Shown piece after piece: positions 20,360-31,070 of a stretch of DNA of 32,994 nucleotides (the first letter of the stretch is position 1; each line of letters begins with the position of its first letter). The stretch covers positions 52,230,287-52,263,280 of the forward strand of contig NC_068990.1 of NCBI RefSeq assembly GCF_001194135.2. Direction: 5' to 3'. A model generated the notes under the pieces. It saw only the letters and a program-made list of their open reading frames with translations. It ran no database searches and had not been told where the DNA came from. Both the position numbers and the translations under genes were made by a program. This stretch comes from Octopus bimaculoides. Its lineage: Eukaryota.

Positions 20360-20360
<1 letters not shown>
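20180..20360 (+). mobile_element. RTE-tail/SINE-like remnant
   Basis: gtaaaaagcaccc...gtggtaggcattagaaagagcatccag...cccatgccaccatggagaatggacattaaatggtgatg matches the 3' end of the copy at 30020-30372. Confidence 0.7.
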
Positions 20361-20362
<2 letters not shown>

Positions 20363-20394
<32 letters not shown>

Positions 20395-20440
20395 ATGTAT
20401 GTATGTATGTATGTATATATATATATATATGTGTGTGTGT
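20363..20440. repeat. (TA)n/(TATG)n microsatellite
   Basis: Directly visible. Confidence 0.9.
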
Positions 20441-21597
20441 AGAGTATTAGGTGTGATGTACAGAATTAAATATTGAAAAAAAGTCCTCAGAATTTTGGAA
20501 AAAACTTCTTTCATTTGTTTTATACTTTCATTTCAATATTAACGCTTTCGTTCATTCGTCTTTCGAACTTGTCAAATATAATTCTGTGAAAATACAGAAA
20601 TCTTGCTTATTTATATAAAACACTTTTTGGGGGGATTTTGTTTATAAGAGAAAATTGTTTTTGTTTTGTTTTTTGGGGGTGAGGCTTTGGAGACAATGGA
20701 AGATGGATAAGCAGATAGAGAGACAGACAGGACAGACGGACAGATAGATAGATTGATAGTCAGACAGATAGAAAGATGGGTAGGGTAAAAGAGAGAGAGA
20801 AAGGGGCTATTCATTTTCCTATCTACCACTTTCATTGTATTGAAATGGTCTTTTTAAGAATTGTAAAAAAAAATAATAAATAAATAAATAAAGGTAAAAA
20901 AAAACTTGTTTACTACTTACANNNNNNNNNNNNNNNNNNNNNNNNNNNNNNNNNNNNNNNNNNNNNNNNNNNNNNNNNNNNNNNNNNNNNNNNNNNNNNN
21001 NNNNNNNNNNNNNNNNNNNNNNNNNNNNNNNNNNNNNNNNNNNNNNNNNNNNNNNNNNNNNNNNNNNNNNNNNNNNNNNNNNNNNNNNNNNNNNNNNNNN
21101 NNNNNNNNNNNNNNNNNNNNNNNNNNNNNNNNNNNNNNNNNNNNNNNNNNNNNNNNNNNNNNNNNNNNNNNNNNNNNNNNNNNNNNNNNNNNNNNNNNNN
21201 NNNNNNNNNNNNNNNNNNNNNNNNNNNNNNNNNNNNNNNNNNNNNNNNNNNNNNNNNNNNNNNNNNNNNNNNNNNNNNNNNNNNNNNNNNNNNNNNNNNN
21301 NNNNNNNNNNNNNNNNNNNNNNNNNNNNNNNNNNNNNNNNNNNNNNNNNNNNNNNNNNNNNNNNNNNNNNNNNNNNNNNNNNNNNNNNNNNNNNNNNNNN
21401 NNNNNNNNNNNNNNNNNNNNNNNNNNNNNNNNNNNNNNNNNNNNNNNNNNNNNNNNNNNNNNNNNNNNNNNNNNNNNNNNNNNNNNNNNNNNNNNNNNNN
21501 NNNNNNNNNNNNNNNNNNNNNNNNNNNNNNNNNNNNNNNNNNNNNNNNNNNNNNNNNNNNNNNNNNNNNNNNNNNNNNNNNNNNNNNNNNNNNNNNN

Positions 21598-23055
21598 ACC
21601 TTTCAGTATTGTGGATCGTCCCATGTACATTTGTAAAAGGGAAAGATCTTGAACTTTCCGTCTCCGCATATTTACAGTTGTTTACTCAATGGAATCATTC
21701 TTAGTTCTTCTTGCCGGATATGTTACCTGTGAATTCTTGCATGTTGGCAGAGGGAGTTATTCGTTTTGCCGATGTAATTTTCTTTACAGTTTGGGCAGGT
21801 AATGCAGTATATGAGATTATGTGTTTTACAGTTCATATCTGCATTTATTTTAAAAATAGATCCGCTCTTGAACTTTATGTGGGAACCACTTTCTATGTAT
21901 TTGAAGTTGGTGGTATTGTTACACGTTCCACATCTCCTATCTCTACATTCTTTTACTATGAATTCTGGTTTAGTTTCTGATCTGAATCCTGCCCTTGTAA
22001 GGTGTTTTTTAAGGTTTTTTGGTTGGCATCTGTTATTCCGTAAGGTGTTTTTTTCAATCAGAGTTTTCATCTTGGGGCTTTGAAGGAGTATAGTCAAGTT
22101 CGATTTTATGACGTGGAATATGTTAGTTGTTCCAGGACTGTGTGTTAATGAATGGAATCGTGTTTTCATTAACTTTTTCCTTTGGTGTTCCATTGCCTCT
22201 TTAATTCCTTCATTAATTAGGACTAAGGGGTATTTTTGTATAGTAAGGAAGCCTTTCAGTTCGTTGAGTCTGGTTTCACGTGTTTTAGGGTCACTTACTA
22301 TATAGCACAGATGCGTCTAGCCATGCTGTATGGGATGTTTCTTTTGATGTGATGGGTGGCAAGAGTAGAAGTTTAAATATTGGTGTGTATCGGTTTTTGT
22401 AAAATATGTCTGTTGTGACTGTGCAGCTTTGTATTTTTATGTGGATATCCAGGAATGGTAGTTCATTGCAACTGGATTCCGTTGTGAATTTGATGGAAGG
22501 GTGAAGTGTATTTAGTATATTGTTAAATACATTTAGATCATCAGTCGATTTTTCCCAAAAAATGAAGCAATCATCAAGGAAGCGTTTCCATTTTTTAATG
22601 ATATATTTCTTGTATTCCTGATCAAAAGTTTTTTCTACTTCCTCATAGAACTTTTCTTCTAAGTATCCCATAACTAAGTTTGCATATGAGGGCGCAAATT
22701 GTGTACCCATAGCTGTGCCCTTTTATCTGTCGATATATTTTATTATCGAATTTAAAGGTATTTTCCTCTAATACTAGACATGTGGCCTTGGTGATGAAGT
22801 CAGTCTTGAAGCGATCATTTATCCATTCTCTATGTTTTTCTACTCAGTGTTTGATTGCTTCTAGGCCTAAAGTGTGAGGTATATTGGTATAGAGATTAGT
22901 GACATCAAAACTTGCCAGTATAGTACCTTCTGCAACAGTGGGGGGAATGTGTTGGATGAAATCTATGCCATCCTGTACATAGCTGGGTATTACCATCCCT
23001 AGAAACCATCTCAAAACAATGGTGTAAGTAGTAAACAGGTTTTTACCTTTATTTA
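21598..23055 (-). mobile_element. Penelope-like element: reverse transcriptase + GIY-YIG endonuclease, bounded by assembly gaps
   Basis: ILASFDVTNLYTNIPHTLGLEAI, MGTQFAPSYANLVMG, WKRFLDDCFIFW, LPFLDIHI, and NLIYCITCPNCKENYIGKTNNSLCQHARIHR. Confidence 0.92.
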
Positions 23056-23785
23056 NNNNNNNNNNNNNNNNNNNNNNNNNNNNNNNNNNNNNNNNNNNNN
23101 NNNNNNNNNNNNNNNNNNNNNNNNNNNNNNNNNNNNNNNNNNNNNNNNNNNNNNNNNNNNNNNNNNNNNNNNNNNNNNNNNNNNNNNNNNNNNNNNNNNN
23201 NNNNNNNNNNNNNNNNNNNNNNNNNNNNNNNNNNNNNNNNNNNNNNNNNNNNNNNNNNNNNNNNNNNNNNNNNNNNNNNNNNNNNNNNNNNNNNNNNNNN
23301 NNNNNNNNNNNNNNNNNNNNNNNNNNNNNNNNNNNNNNNNNNNNNNNNNNNNNNNNNNNNNNNNNNNNNNNNNNNNNNNNNNNNNNNNNNNNNNNNNNNN
23401 NNNNNNNNNNNNNNNNNNNNNNNNNNNNNNNNNNNNNNNNNNNNNNNNNNNNNNNNNNNNNNNNNNNNNNNNNNNNNNNNNNNNNNNNNNNNNNNNNNNN
23501 NNNNNNNNNNNNNNNNNNNNNNNNNNNNNNNNNNNNNNNNNNNNNNNNNNNNNNNNNNNNNNNNNNNNNNNNNNNNNNNNNNNNNNNNNNNNNNNNNNNN
23601 NNNNNNNNNNNNNNNNNNNNNNNNNNNNNNNNNNNNNNNNNNNNNNNNNNNNNNNNNNNNNNNNNNNNNNNNNNNNNNNNGGGAGAAAGAGAGAAAGATA
23701 AGGAGCAAGACAAAGAAGAAAAAGAAAAAAATATTTTGGGTGGCAGGACAATCAAGAAAAAGGAAGAAAAGTTAAAATGGGAAGA

Positions 23786-23789
<4 letters not shown>

Positions 23790-23831
<42 letters not shown>
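23790..23831. repeat. (GA)n microsatellite
   Basis: Directly visible. Confidence 0.95.
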
Positions 23832-23835
<4 letters not shown>

Positions 23836-25026
23836 TTTCTTTTCAATTTGATGTGGTCAACCCACCAAAATTTCATTACAAAGTTTTTTCTTTTTTCTCT
23901 TCCTCTTCTTTCCTTTCTCATTGTGTACCTATCAATATATTTGTAAATAAACATTTTCTCAAAGTGGTAGGTAATGGCTAGATGATCTTTCAAGATGTAA
24001 GTTTTAAGAAGTAAGTTGGGAAAGATAAGAAAAGAGAGGAAAAAGAAAAATTTTTTTGATTCTTAAGTAGATGTAGTCATCACTGTAAAGTTTGAAAATA
24101 AAAAGAGTTCAAAGTTCAATGAAAATGAACATTCCTTAACACCTGTAGAGTCAAATCCCATATTCTGTGTAATTCTATGTTTTGCATGAATAAACACTAA
24201 ATATTAGTACAACATTCATAAATTAGGAAAATAAAATCAGAATATAAAAAATAATTTGATTACAGTAATGTTTATAATTCAATCTATTCTCTATGTAACA
24301 TTTAATCAAACATTATAGATGGGTTGTGCAATAACATGCATATTATATATTTAGCTGGAAGCCACTCTGTAAGATATAAATTACATAACAAAGCAGGACC
24401 TGTTTAAATATATTTTTGAGTATCTTTCATCATTTTGTAGAATTTATTTTTCTTGCTTGCTTGGATAAAATAATTCAAGAGATATTTTTACATAAATTAC
24501 TTTGCCAAGTAGCTACATTAGATATCCTTCCTAATCAGTGGTAAAGTGGCTCTAGCATTTTTCTGGATATATGTAAGTACTGTGAGTCTATAAGAACACT
24601 AGTTGTCAAAATCCCAATGTTATACATATATCCGACCATTTATTTTGTTGATATTAATAGAGATAAGCATTACATTATTAACATTGGAACCACATTCAGA
24701 AACAACAGTAATAGTGTAATATAAATGTTTTCTCTTCATCCATTATCATTACCATTAATAAAAAATAAAATGACCATGAAGAAGCTCTCTTCACAGACAT
24801 CAAAACCATCTAAGGTGACATCAAAACACTGATGTCACCTTACATGGTATGTGAATATTGTTAGATAGCAATAGAAATACAGCATTCATTGAAACATTCA
24901 TCTGCATTATTTCTCCCCGGTTGTATTTGCTGGGCACAGCATCTGTGTGAGCTAACCATGTAGTGTTCATAGTTTGTTTCATATTGTCTCTGTTTCTCTT
25001 TCCAATGCAGTTCCTCTGCTTCTCTT

Positions 25027-25800
25027 TCAAACATTTAATTTTGGAGAGAATTTTTTTATGAAGTATAGCTCCATTGCCTTTGGGTCATCTCTTGAACATC
25101 TGTAGAAGGGGAAGATTTTGAACTTTCCTTCAGTACATATTTCTAGATGCTTGCTCAGTGGAATCTTGCATAGTTCTCTTGTCAGATGTGTTGTCTGTGG
25201 ATTCATGCATGTTGGCAAAGGGAATTGTTTGTTTCACTAATATAATTTTCCTTGCAGCTGGGAAAAGTAATGCAGTATATGAGATTCTGTGCCTTGCAGT
25301 TCATATCTACATTTACTTTGAACAAGAATCCACACTTGCATTTTATGTAGGCACCACTTTCTAAATATGTGAAGCTGTTGTTGTTGATGCATGTTTCACA
25401 CCTGCTAACTCCATATTTTTTTACGGAGAATTCTGATTCATTCTCTGATGTGAATTTTGCCCTTGTGAGATGCTTTTTGAGATTTTTTGGTTGACATCTA
25501 CTGTTTGGTTAGAGGTTTTCATCAATCAGGTTTTTGATTTTGGAGCTTTGTAGAAGTATTGGTAGGTTTGATTTTATGGTGTGAAAAATGTCAGTTGCTC
25601 CAGGATTGTGTGTATTGATAAAGGGAATTGTGTGTTCATTAATTTTTTTCTTTCGGTGTCCTTAGTTGTGTGATGTTCAACTTCATCCCTTTTTTAATTC
25701 CATCGTTTATTAATTCTAAAGGGTATTTCTGTTTTGTTAGGAAGCCTTTGAGTTCATTAAGTTGGATTTGATGTATTAAGTCAGATTTGACGGATTTTTG
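25027..25800 (-). mobile_element. Penelope-like element 3' fragment (GIY-YIG), related to 21598-23055
   Basis: LKGFLTKQKYPLELINDGIKK, NCKAQNLIYCITFPSCKENYISETNNSLCQHA, ...MELYFIKKFSPKLNV*; collinear with 21650-22300. Confidence 0.88.
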
Positions 25801-26029
25801 GGTCAATAATTTCTCCTCTTCTAAACAAAGCAAAAACATCCAATTCACATAAAACAAGGAAATGTTCTGTTTTTATCATTTTGGTTTTAATTTTTATCTC
25901 AAAGAGTTCAGTTAAATGAATAAAAGTGCTAATAAAGAATTATCTAAAATTCTGACTGCTTCCTTTTTTTCAGTATATATATATATATATATATATGGTT
26001 GCTTGAGCACACCTCATCAACCTCATTTT

Positions 26030-26800
26030 ACATCCACTTTTCCATTCCATGTTAGAATAAGTAGGACATGTCACTATGATCCAAATAGTTGTTATTCAGA
26101 GTTACTGGCCTCCTCAATGCATTAGAGAACCACATTTCATTCATACATTTTATTTTTGACTGGGTTTCTGTACCTGGATGTCCTTCTCATTGCCAACTGC
26201 TTTACAGAATATAATTGGGTGCTTTTTATCATAACACCAGCACTAGTGAGGTTGCCTTTGATCCAGCATGACAAAAGAGTCTTCATGACTACATTGTCTC
26301 TGTTTGTTCAGGGCAATGTGACAAATAGAATGGGTAGAAGCAAGTGTGATCACAGAAAAGTAAAAGGGAGAAAGAAGTGAAAATGTGATGGGGAAACAGA
26401 GTGATTGGGGTGACAGTGTGGAAGAAGACAGATATATAGGAGAGACACTGTTAGGCGGAGTAACAGAAGAGAAACAATAATGGCAGGGTTATGAGAAGAT
26501 TCAGCACCTGTAGCTGATGAAATATATTGATGCATAAATATGTATCCTATTGTCTGAGAGCAAGAAAAGTGTGTATCCTAGTGTGAAAACAGCAAAGTGT
26601 GTTTCACTCATTTTGTCTGGGAAGGTTTTTCTTCATCTGAATGTACATGAATTCCTTACTCTTACATGAATTCCTTACTCTCCAGTACTTGCTTTAGCAT
26701 GGTTTCTACAGCTGGATGCCCTTCCTAACACCAACCACTTTACAGAGTGCACTGGGTAGATTTTCTGTGGCATAGGCATTAGTGATGTCACCAACTAACT
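26030..26800 (-). mobile_element. Two degraded RTE-tail/SINE-like remnants (~26030-26260 and ~26690-26800)
   Basis: tttct.tac..ctggatg.ccttc..a..gccaac..ctttacaga motif, the reverse complement of the ggttggc.ttaggaagggcatccagctgtagaaac tail. Confidence 0.6.
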
Positions 26801-27003
26801 TGCAAGGCAAGAGTCATTTATAGTAAGGAAATGCAGTATTGAGAGAAGGGCTTTATGCCAGGTGTAGAAAGGCTAAAATAGGAAAGAGGAACAGGAACAT
26901 GTGTCTTGCTGTAGAGGAGGTACTTGTCATACAGAGTGGGGAGAGGGAGCATACAAAGAAACATGACTTTTCATTTCTGCTACCTATTGTTCTCCAAAAC
27001 TAA

Positions 27004-27039
<36 letters not shown>

Positions 27040-27098
27040 CATATATGTATAATATATATATGCAGATATAATATATACCAATATATACTTATATATAT

Positions 27099-27222
27099 TT
27101 AGAAGTAGTTGATAGCTTCCGTTACCTAGGTGACCAAGTCAGTAGCGTGAGAGGGTGCACTGAAAGTGTAGCTGCTAGAATAAGAATAGCCTGGGCAAAG
27201 TTCAGAGAGCTCTTACCTCTTA
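27099..27222 (+). mobile_element. Short RTE ORF fragment
   Basis: LEVVDSFRYLGDQVSSVRGCTESVAARIRIAWAKFRELLPL. Confidence 0.8.
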
Positions 27223-27499
27223 CACCAAACATTTCAGCTGTTTATGTTACACTAGCTCCTGTCATACAAGCACCAACAATTTGACCTCTTTGAAAGTCCA
27301 ATAGATTTGTCATTTTAATGAATTTTAATTACCTTTTTCTAATGATATCTGAAAAGAAACAGCAATTTTAGCAAAACATATTAAGCAACACTAATAATAA
27401 ATCAAAAAACATAAAAATAAACAAACTTTTGACAGTTTTATAAATATTTCAAAATTATGATGTTATGATGCTAGGTGTTTCCATTATTTTGTCCAACAC

Positions 27500-27502
<3 letters not shown>
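27223..27502. mobile_element. Tc1-like terminal (TIR) fragment abutting a (TA)n tract
   Basis: The reverse complement of the right end reads TA-CAGGTGTTGGACAAAATAATGGAAACAC, typical of a Tc1-type CAG-start TIR. No partner TIR is seen. Confidence 0.6.

Positions 27503-27562
<60 letters not shown>
27503..27562. repeat. (TA)n microsatellite
   Basis: Directly visible. Confidence 0.95.
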
Positions 27563-27564
<2 letters not shown>

Positions 27565-27961
27565 TATGTATGAAGAGAGGATAAGGCTGCTGAGGTGAAG
27601 GCCACACTGCTGCTAAAATCTATGAGACTGACACAAGTATACACACACACATGCACATGCACACACACAAATACACACACACACACACAAACAAGGACAC
27701 AAACATATGCACACATAAGGATACATACCTTAGAAGAACAGAATGGAATAAGTGGAGGAAGAACACACACAAAAACAAAAAGTGTCACTCAAGTAATCAC
27801 AGATGTGTGACGAAAGATTTCTGGACAATGGAAATGAGTTAAAATAAGATAAGAACAATAATAAACGAGTGAAGAAAAATATATCGTGCGTGTGTTTATT
27901 TGGCAAAAAAAAAAAAAAGAAAGACCATCCCAAAATACAACAATGTGTGTGTGTGTGTGTG

Positions 27962-28790
27962 TGCATATAGTTCAAATTTATAGATAAACAAAACACGATG
28001 TCAGGTGTAAAAACAACAAAAGTGTATTAGTTTGACGCCCAGGATAAATGAGAAAGTTTTTTTACATTTCGAGCTTACACTCTTCAACAGAGGGGAATAA
28101 AAGGAATAAATAGAGAGAGAATGAAAAAAAATGTGTAGAGTTCAGCTGTCCAACATAGTGAATGATTAAAAAATAGGTGGAGGGAGAAGGATTTATAATT
28201 AGGCATGCTGGAAAAAGGATGAAAAAAAGGGAAAAAGAGAAAAAAGAAGAAAAATGTTTAAAAGGGGAGAGAATGGCAAAGTATTAATGTACAGAGTTAA
28301 AAATTCAGAAAGTTCAAAAGTCGTGGTAGATTAGAGTAATTTACATCAACGAAAATAGCCAATGAGATCTGTGAAGGTAGCGTCCAAAAGAGTATGAAGG
28401 TCCAGTGGAAATCTGGGTGGAGTGCTGGTATATGGATGAGAAGAGGTGCTGAAAGGTCAGGAAGTGGTTAAGATATGCAAGTCTAAGAGAGTAGGAAGTT
28501 CAGTCAGGATTAAATTGGGGTAACCATGTGAGCATATAATATATAGTTCAAATTTATAGAAAAACAAAAGATTAAGACAGATGTAGAAACAACAATAAAA
28601 CGTTGTATGCTGTAGGGAAAGAAGAGTAGAACAACAGACAATGTGGGAGTGTGTGGCAGTGAGAGATGTTAATGTAGGTGGACGACGCTAGGGAAAGAAG
28701 AGTAAAACGACAAATGGAGTGGCAGCGAGTGACAGTCAGAGGTGGCTTAACTGCAGGCAAACTGTAGTGCGCGCTGAAGTCAACAGTATT
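27962..28790 (-). mobile_element. Probable Penelope-like pseudo-LTR/UTR remnant
   Basis: Direct repeat atatagttcaaatttataga.aaacaaaa at ~27964-27992 and ~28541-28569, plus a hammerhead-like motif on the minus strand at 28064-28090. No clear protein motif. Confidence 0.4.
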
Positions 28791-28837
28791 CAAATGAAAA
28801 TTAAATTAAATGTTTATCAAAATTATATCTATCACAG

Positions 28838-28869
<32 letters not shown>

Positions 28870-29016
28870 TAACACACACTAACATATTTACACACAAACA
28901 GGCATATATGTTCCATGCAGTAAAATGATTTCATCGAACTAAAAACTGTGAACAAACACAAGCACACGCACACACATTCACGCACTCATACATAAATAGG
29001 TATGCATATGTATGAG

Positions 29017-29047
<31 letters not shown>

Positions 29048-29077
29048 TAGAAAGTTTGGAGGTGATGTACAGGTATT

Positions 29078-29329
29078 ATATATTAGAAAAAATTAGGTAC
29101 TCAGAGATCTGGATGATTGTACATTTACAGATTTTTATTAATATGTCACATGCTTTATAAATCATATATTAGCACTTGAATCTACTCTAGTAGATTATTC
29201 AGATCTGAAGAATCTACTAGGGTAGATCCAAGCGCTAATATATGATTTATAAAAACATGTGACATATTAATAAAAATCTGTAAATGTACAACCATCCAGA
29301 TCTCTGAGTACCTTATTTTTTCTAATATA
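29078..29329. repeat. ~252 bp near-perfect fold-back palindrome embedded in (TA)n
   Basis: atatattagaaaaaattaggtactcagagatctggatg...agtagattattcAGA|TCTgaagaatctact...catccagatctctgagtaccttattttttctaatatat; the centre is 29203/29204 with essentially no spacer. Confidence 0.92.
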
Positions 29330-29361
29330 TATAAACATATATATATACATATATGTGTGTG

Positions 29362-29670
29362 TCATCATCATCATCATCATTGTCGTTTAACGTCCGCTTT
29401 CCATGCTAGCATGGGTTGGACGATTTGACTGAGGACTGGTGAAACCAGATGGCTACACCAGGCTCCAATCTGATTTGGCAGAGTTTCTACGGTTGGATGC
29501 CCTTCTTAACGCCAACCACTCAGAGAGTGTAGTGGGTACTTTTACGTGTCACCCGCACGAAGGCCAGTCAGGCAGTACTGGCAACAGCCACGCTCAAGAT
29601 GGTGTATTTTATGTGCCACCTGCACAAGAGCCAGTCCAGGGGCACTAGCAACGATCTCGCTCGAAAATCC
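29362..29670 (-). mobile_element. RTE 3'-UTR-derived SINE-like element with (GAT)n tail
   Basis: catcatcatcattgtcgtttaacgtccgctttccatgctagcatgggttgga...; the reverse complement of 30040-30372. Confidence 0.85.
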
Positions 29671-30019
29671 TACGAAGGCCAGTCATGTATATATATATAC
29701 ATACACATATATATATGTATATATACATACATTTACATATATATATATACATACATGCATATATATATATATATTATTTAAAAGAGTTCCAACTCTGTTT
29801 TTTATGTTTTATTTATATTCTTATAAAATTAATGTGGGATATAGAATATGGAATATATAATATAAATAGTAAAATGAAATGAAGTATTGAATGTCTTATT
29901 GAATATATAAAATATTGTGTATTAAATATATAAGGACTAGTATACTTTCCTGCTTCATGGCAATCATCAATCTGACAGATGTACTGATATCTGTCAGACG
30001 GGACCTTGATGAATGCCAT

Positions 30020-30372
30020 AGCACCATTTTAGCGTAATCGTTACCAGCGTCGCCTTCCTGGCACGTGAAAAGACATTCGAGCAAGGTCGTTGCCAGTGCT
30101 GCCAGACTGGCTCCTGTGAAGGTAGCACATAAAATACACCATTTTGAGCGTGGCCGTTGCCACTACCGCCTGACTGGCCTTCGTGCTGGTAGCACGTAAA
30201 AGCACCCACTACACTCTCGGAGTAGTTGAGGTTAGGAAAGGCATCCAGCTGTAGAAACTCTGCCAAATCAGACTGGAGGCTGGCGTAGCCATCTGGTTCA
30301 CCAGTCCTCAGCCAAATCTCCAACCCATGCTAGCATGGAAAGCGGACGTTAGACGATGATGATAATGATGAT
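30020..30372 (+). mobile_element. RTE 3'-UTR-derived SINE-like element with (GAT)n tail
   Basis: gtaaaagcacccactacactctcggagt...ccaacccatgctagcatggaaagcggacgttagacgatgatgataatgatgatg. Confidence 0.85.
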
Positions 30373-31070
30373 GCACTCTTTTCAGTTCGATACAAAAAAT
30401 CCACAACGTTCCATCTCAATAAACCACTATTGTTGTATTCCTCTCNNNNNNNNNNNNNNNNNNNNNNNNNNNNNNNNNNNNNNNNNNNNNNNNNNNNNNN
30501 NNNNNNNNNNNNNNNNNNNNNNNNNNNNNNNNNNNNNNNNNNNNNNNNNNNNNNNNNNNNNNNNNNNNNNNNNNNNNNNNNNNNNNNNNNNNNNNNNNNN
30601 NNNNNNNNNNNNNNNNNNNNNNNNNNNNNNNNNNNNNNNNNNNNNNNNNNNNNNNNNNNNNNNNNNNNNNNNNNNNNNNNNNNNNNNNNNNNNNNNNNNN
30701 NNNNNNNNNNNNNNNNNNNNNNNNNNNNNNNNNNNNNNNNNNNNNNNNNNNNNNNNNNNNNNNNNNNNNNNNNNNNNNNNNNNNNNNNNNNNNNNNNNNN
30801 NNNNNNNNNNNNNNNNNNNNNNNNNNNNNNNNNNNNNNNNNNNNNNNNNNNNNNNNNNNNNNNNNNNNNNNNNNNNNNNNNNNNNNNNNNNNNNNNNNNN
30901 NNNNNNNNNNNNNNNNNNNNNNNNNNNNNNNNNNNNNNNNNNNNNNNNNNNNNNNNNNNNNNNNNNNNNNNNNNNNNNNNNNNNNNNNNNNNNNNNNNNN
31001 NNNNNNNNNNNNNNNNNNNNNNNNNNNNNNNNNNNNNNNNNNNNNNNNNNNNNNNNNNNNNNNNNNNNNN

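Noticed and set aside
24319-24572. Several AG...GTAAG-bounded segments in unique DNA (24319-24368, 24441-24540)
   Set aside because: The phases are not mutually compatible without stops and the peptides are unrecognisable; likely chance in AT-rich sequence.
26644-26681. 19-bp tandem duplication tacatgaattccttactct x2
   Set aside because: It is an ordinary slippage duplication with no further structure.
30373-30445. Possible gypsy 3' LTR end (minus ...aagagtgCA)
   Set aside because: Only ~70 bp are visible before the gap and there is no second LTR to compare, so it is unsupported.
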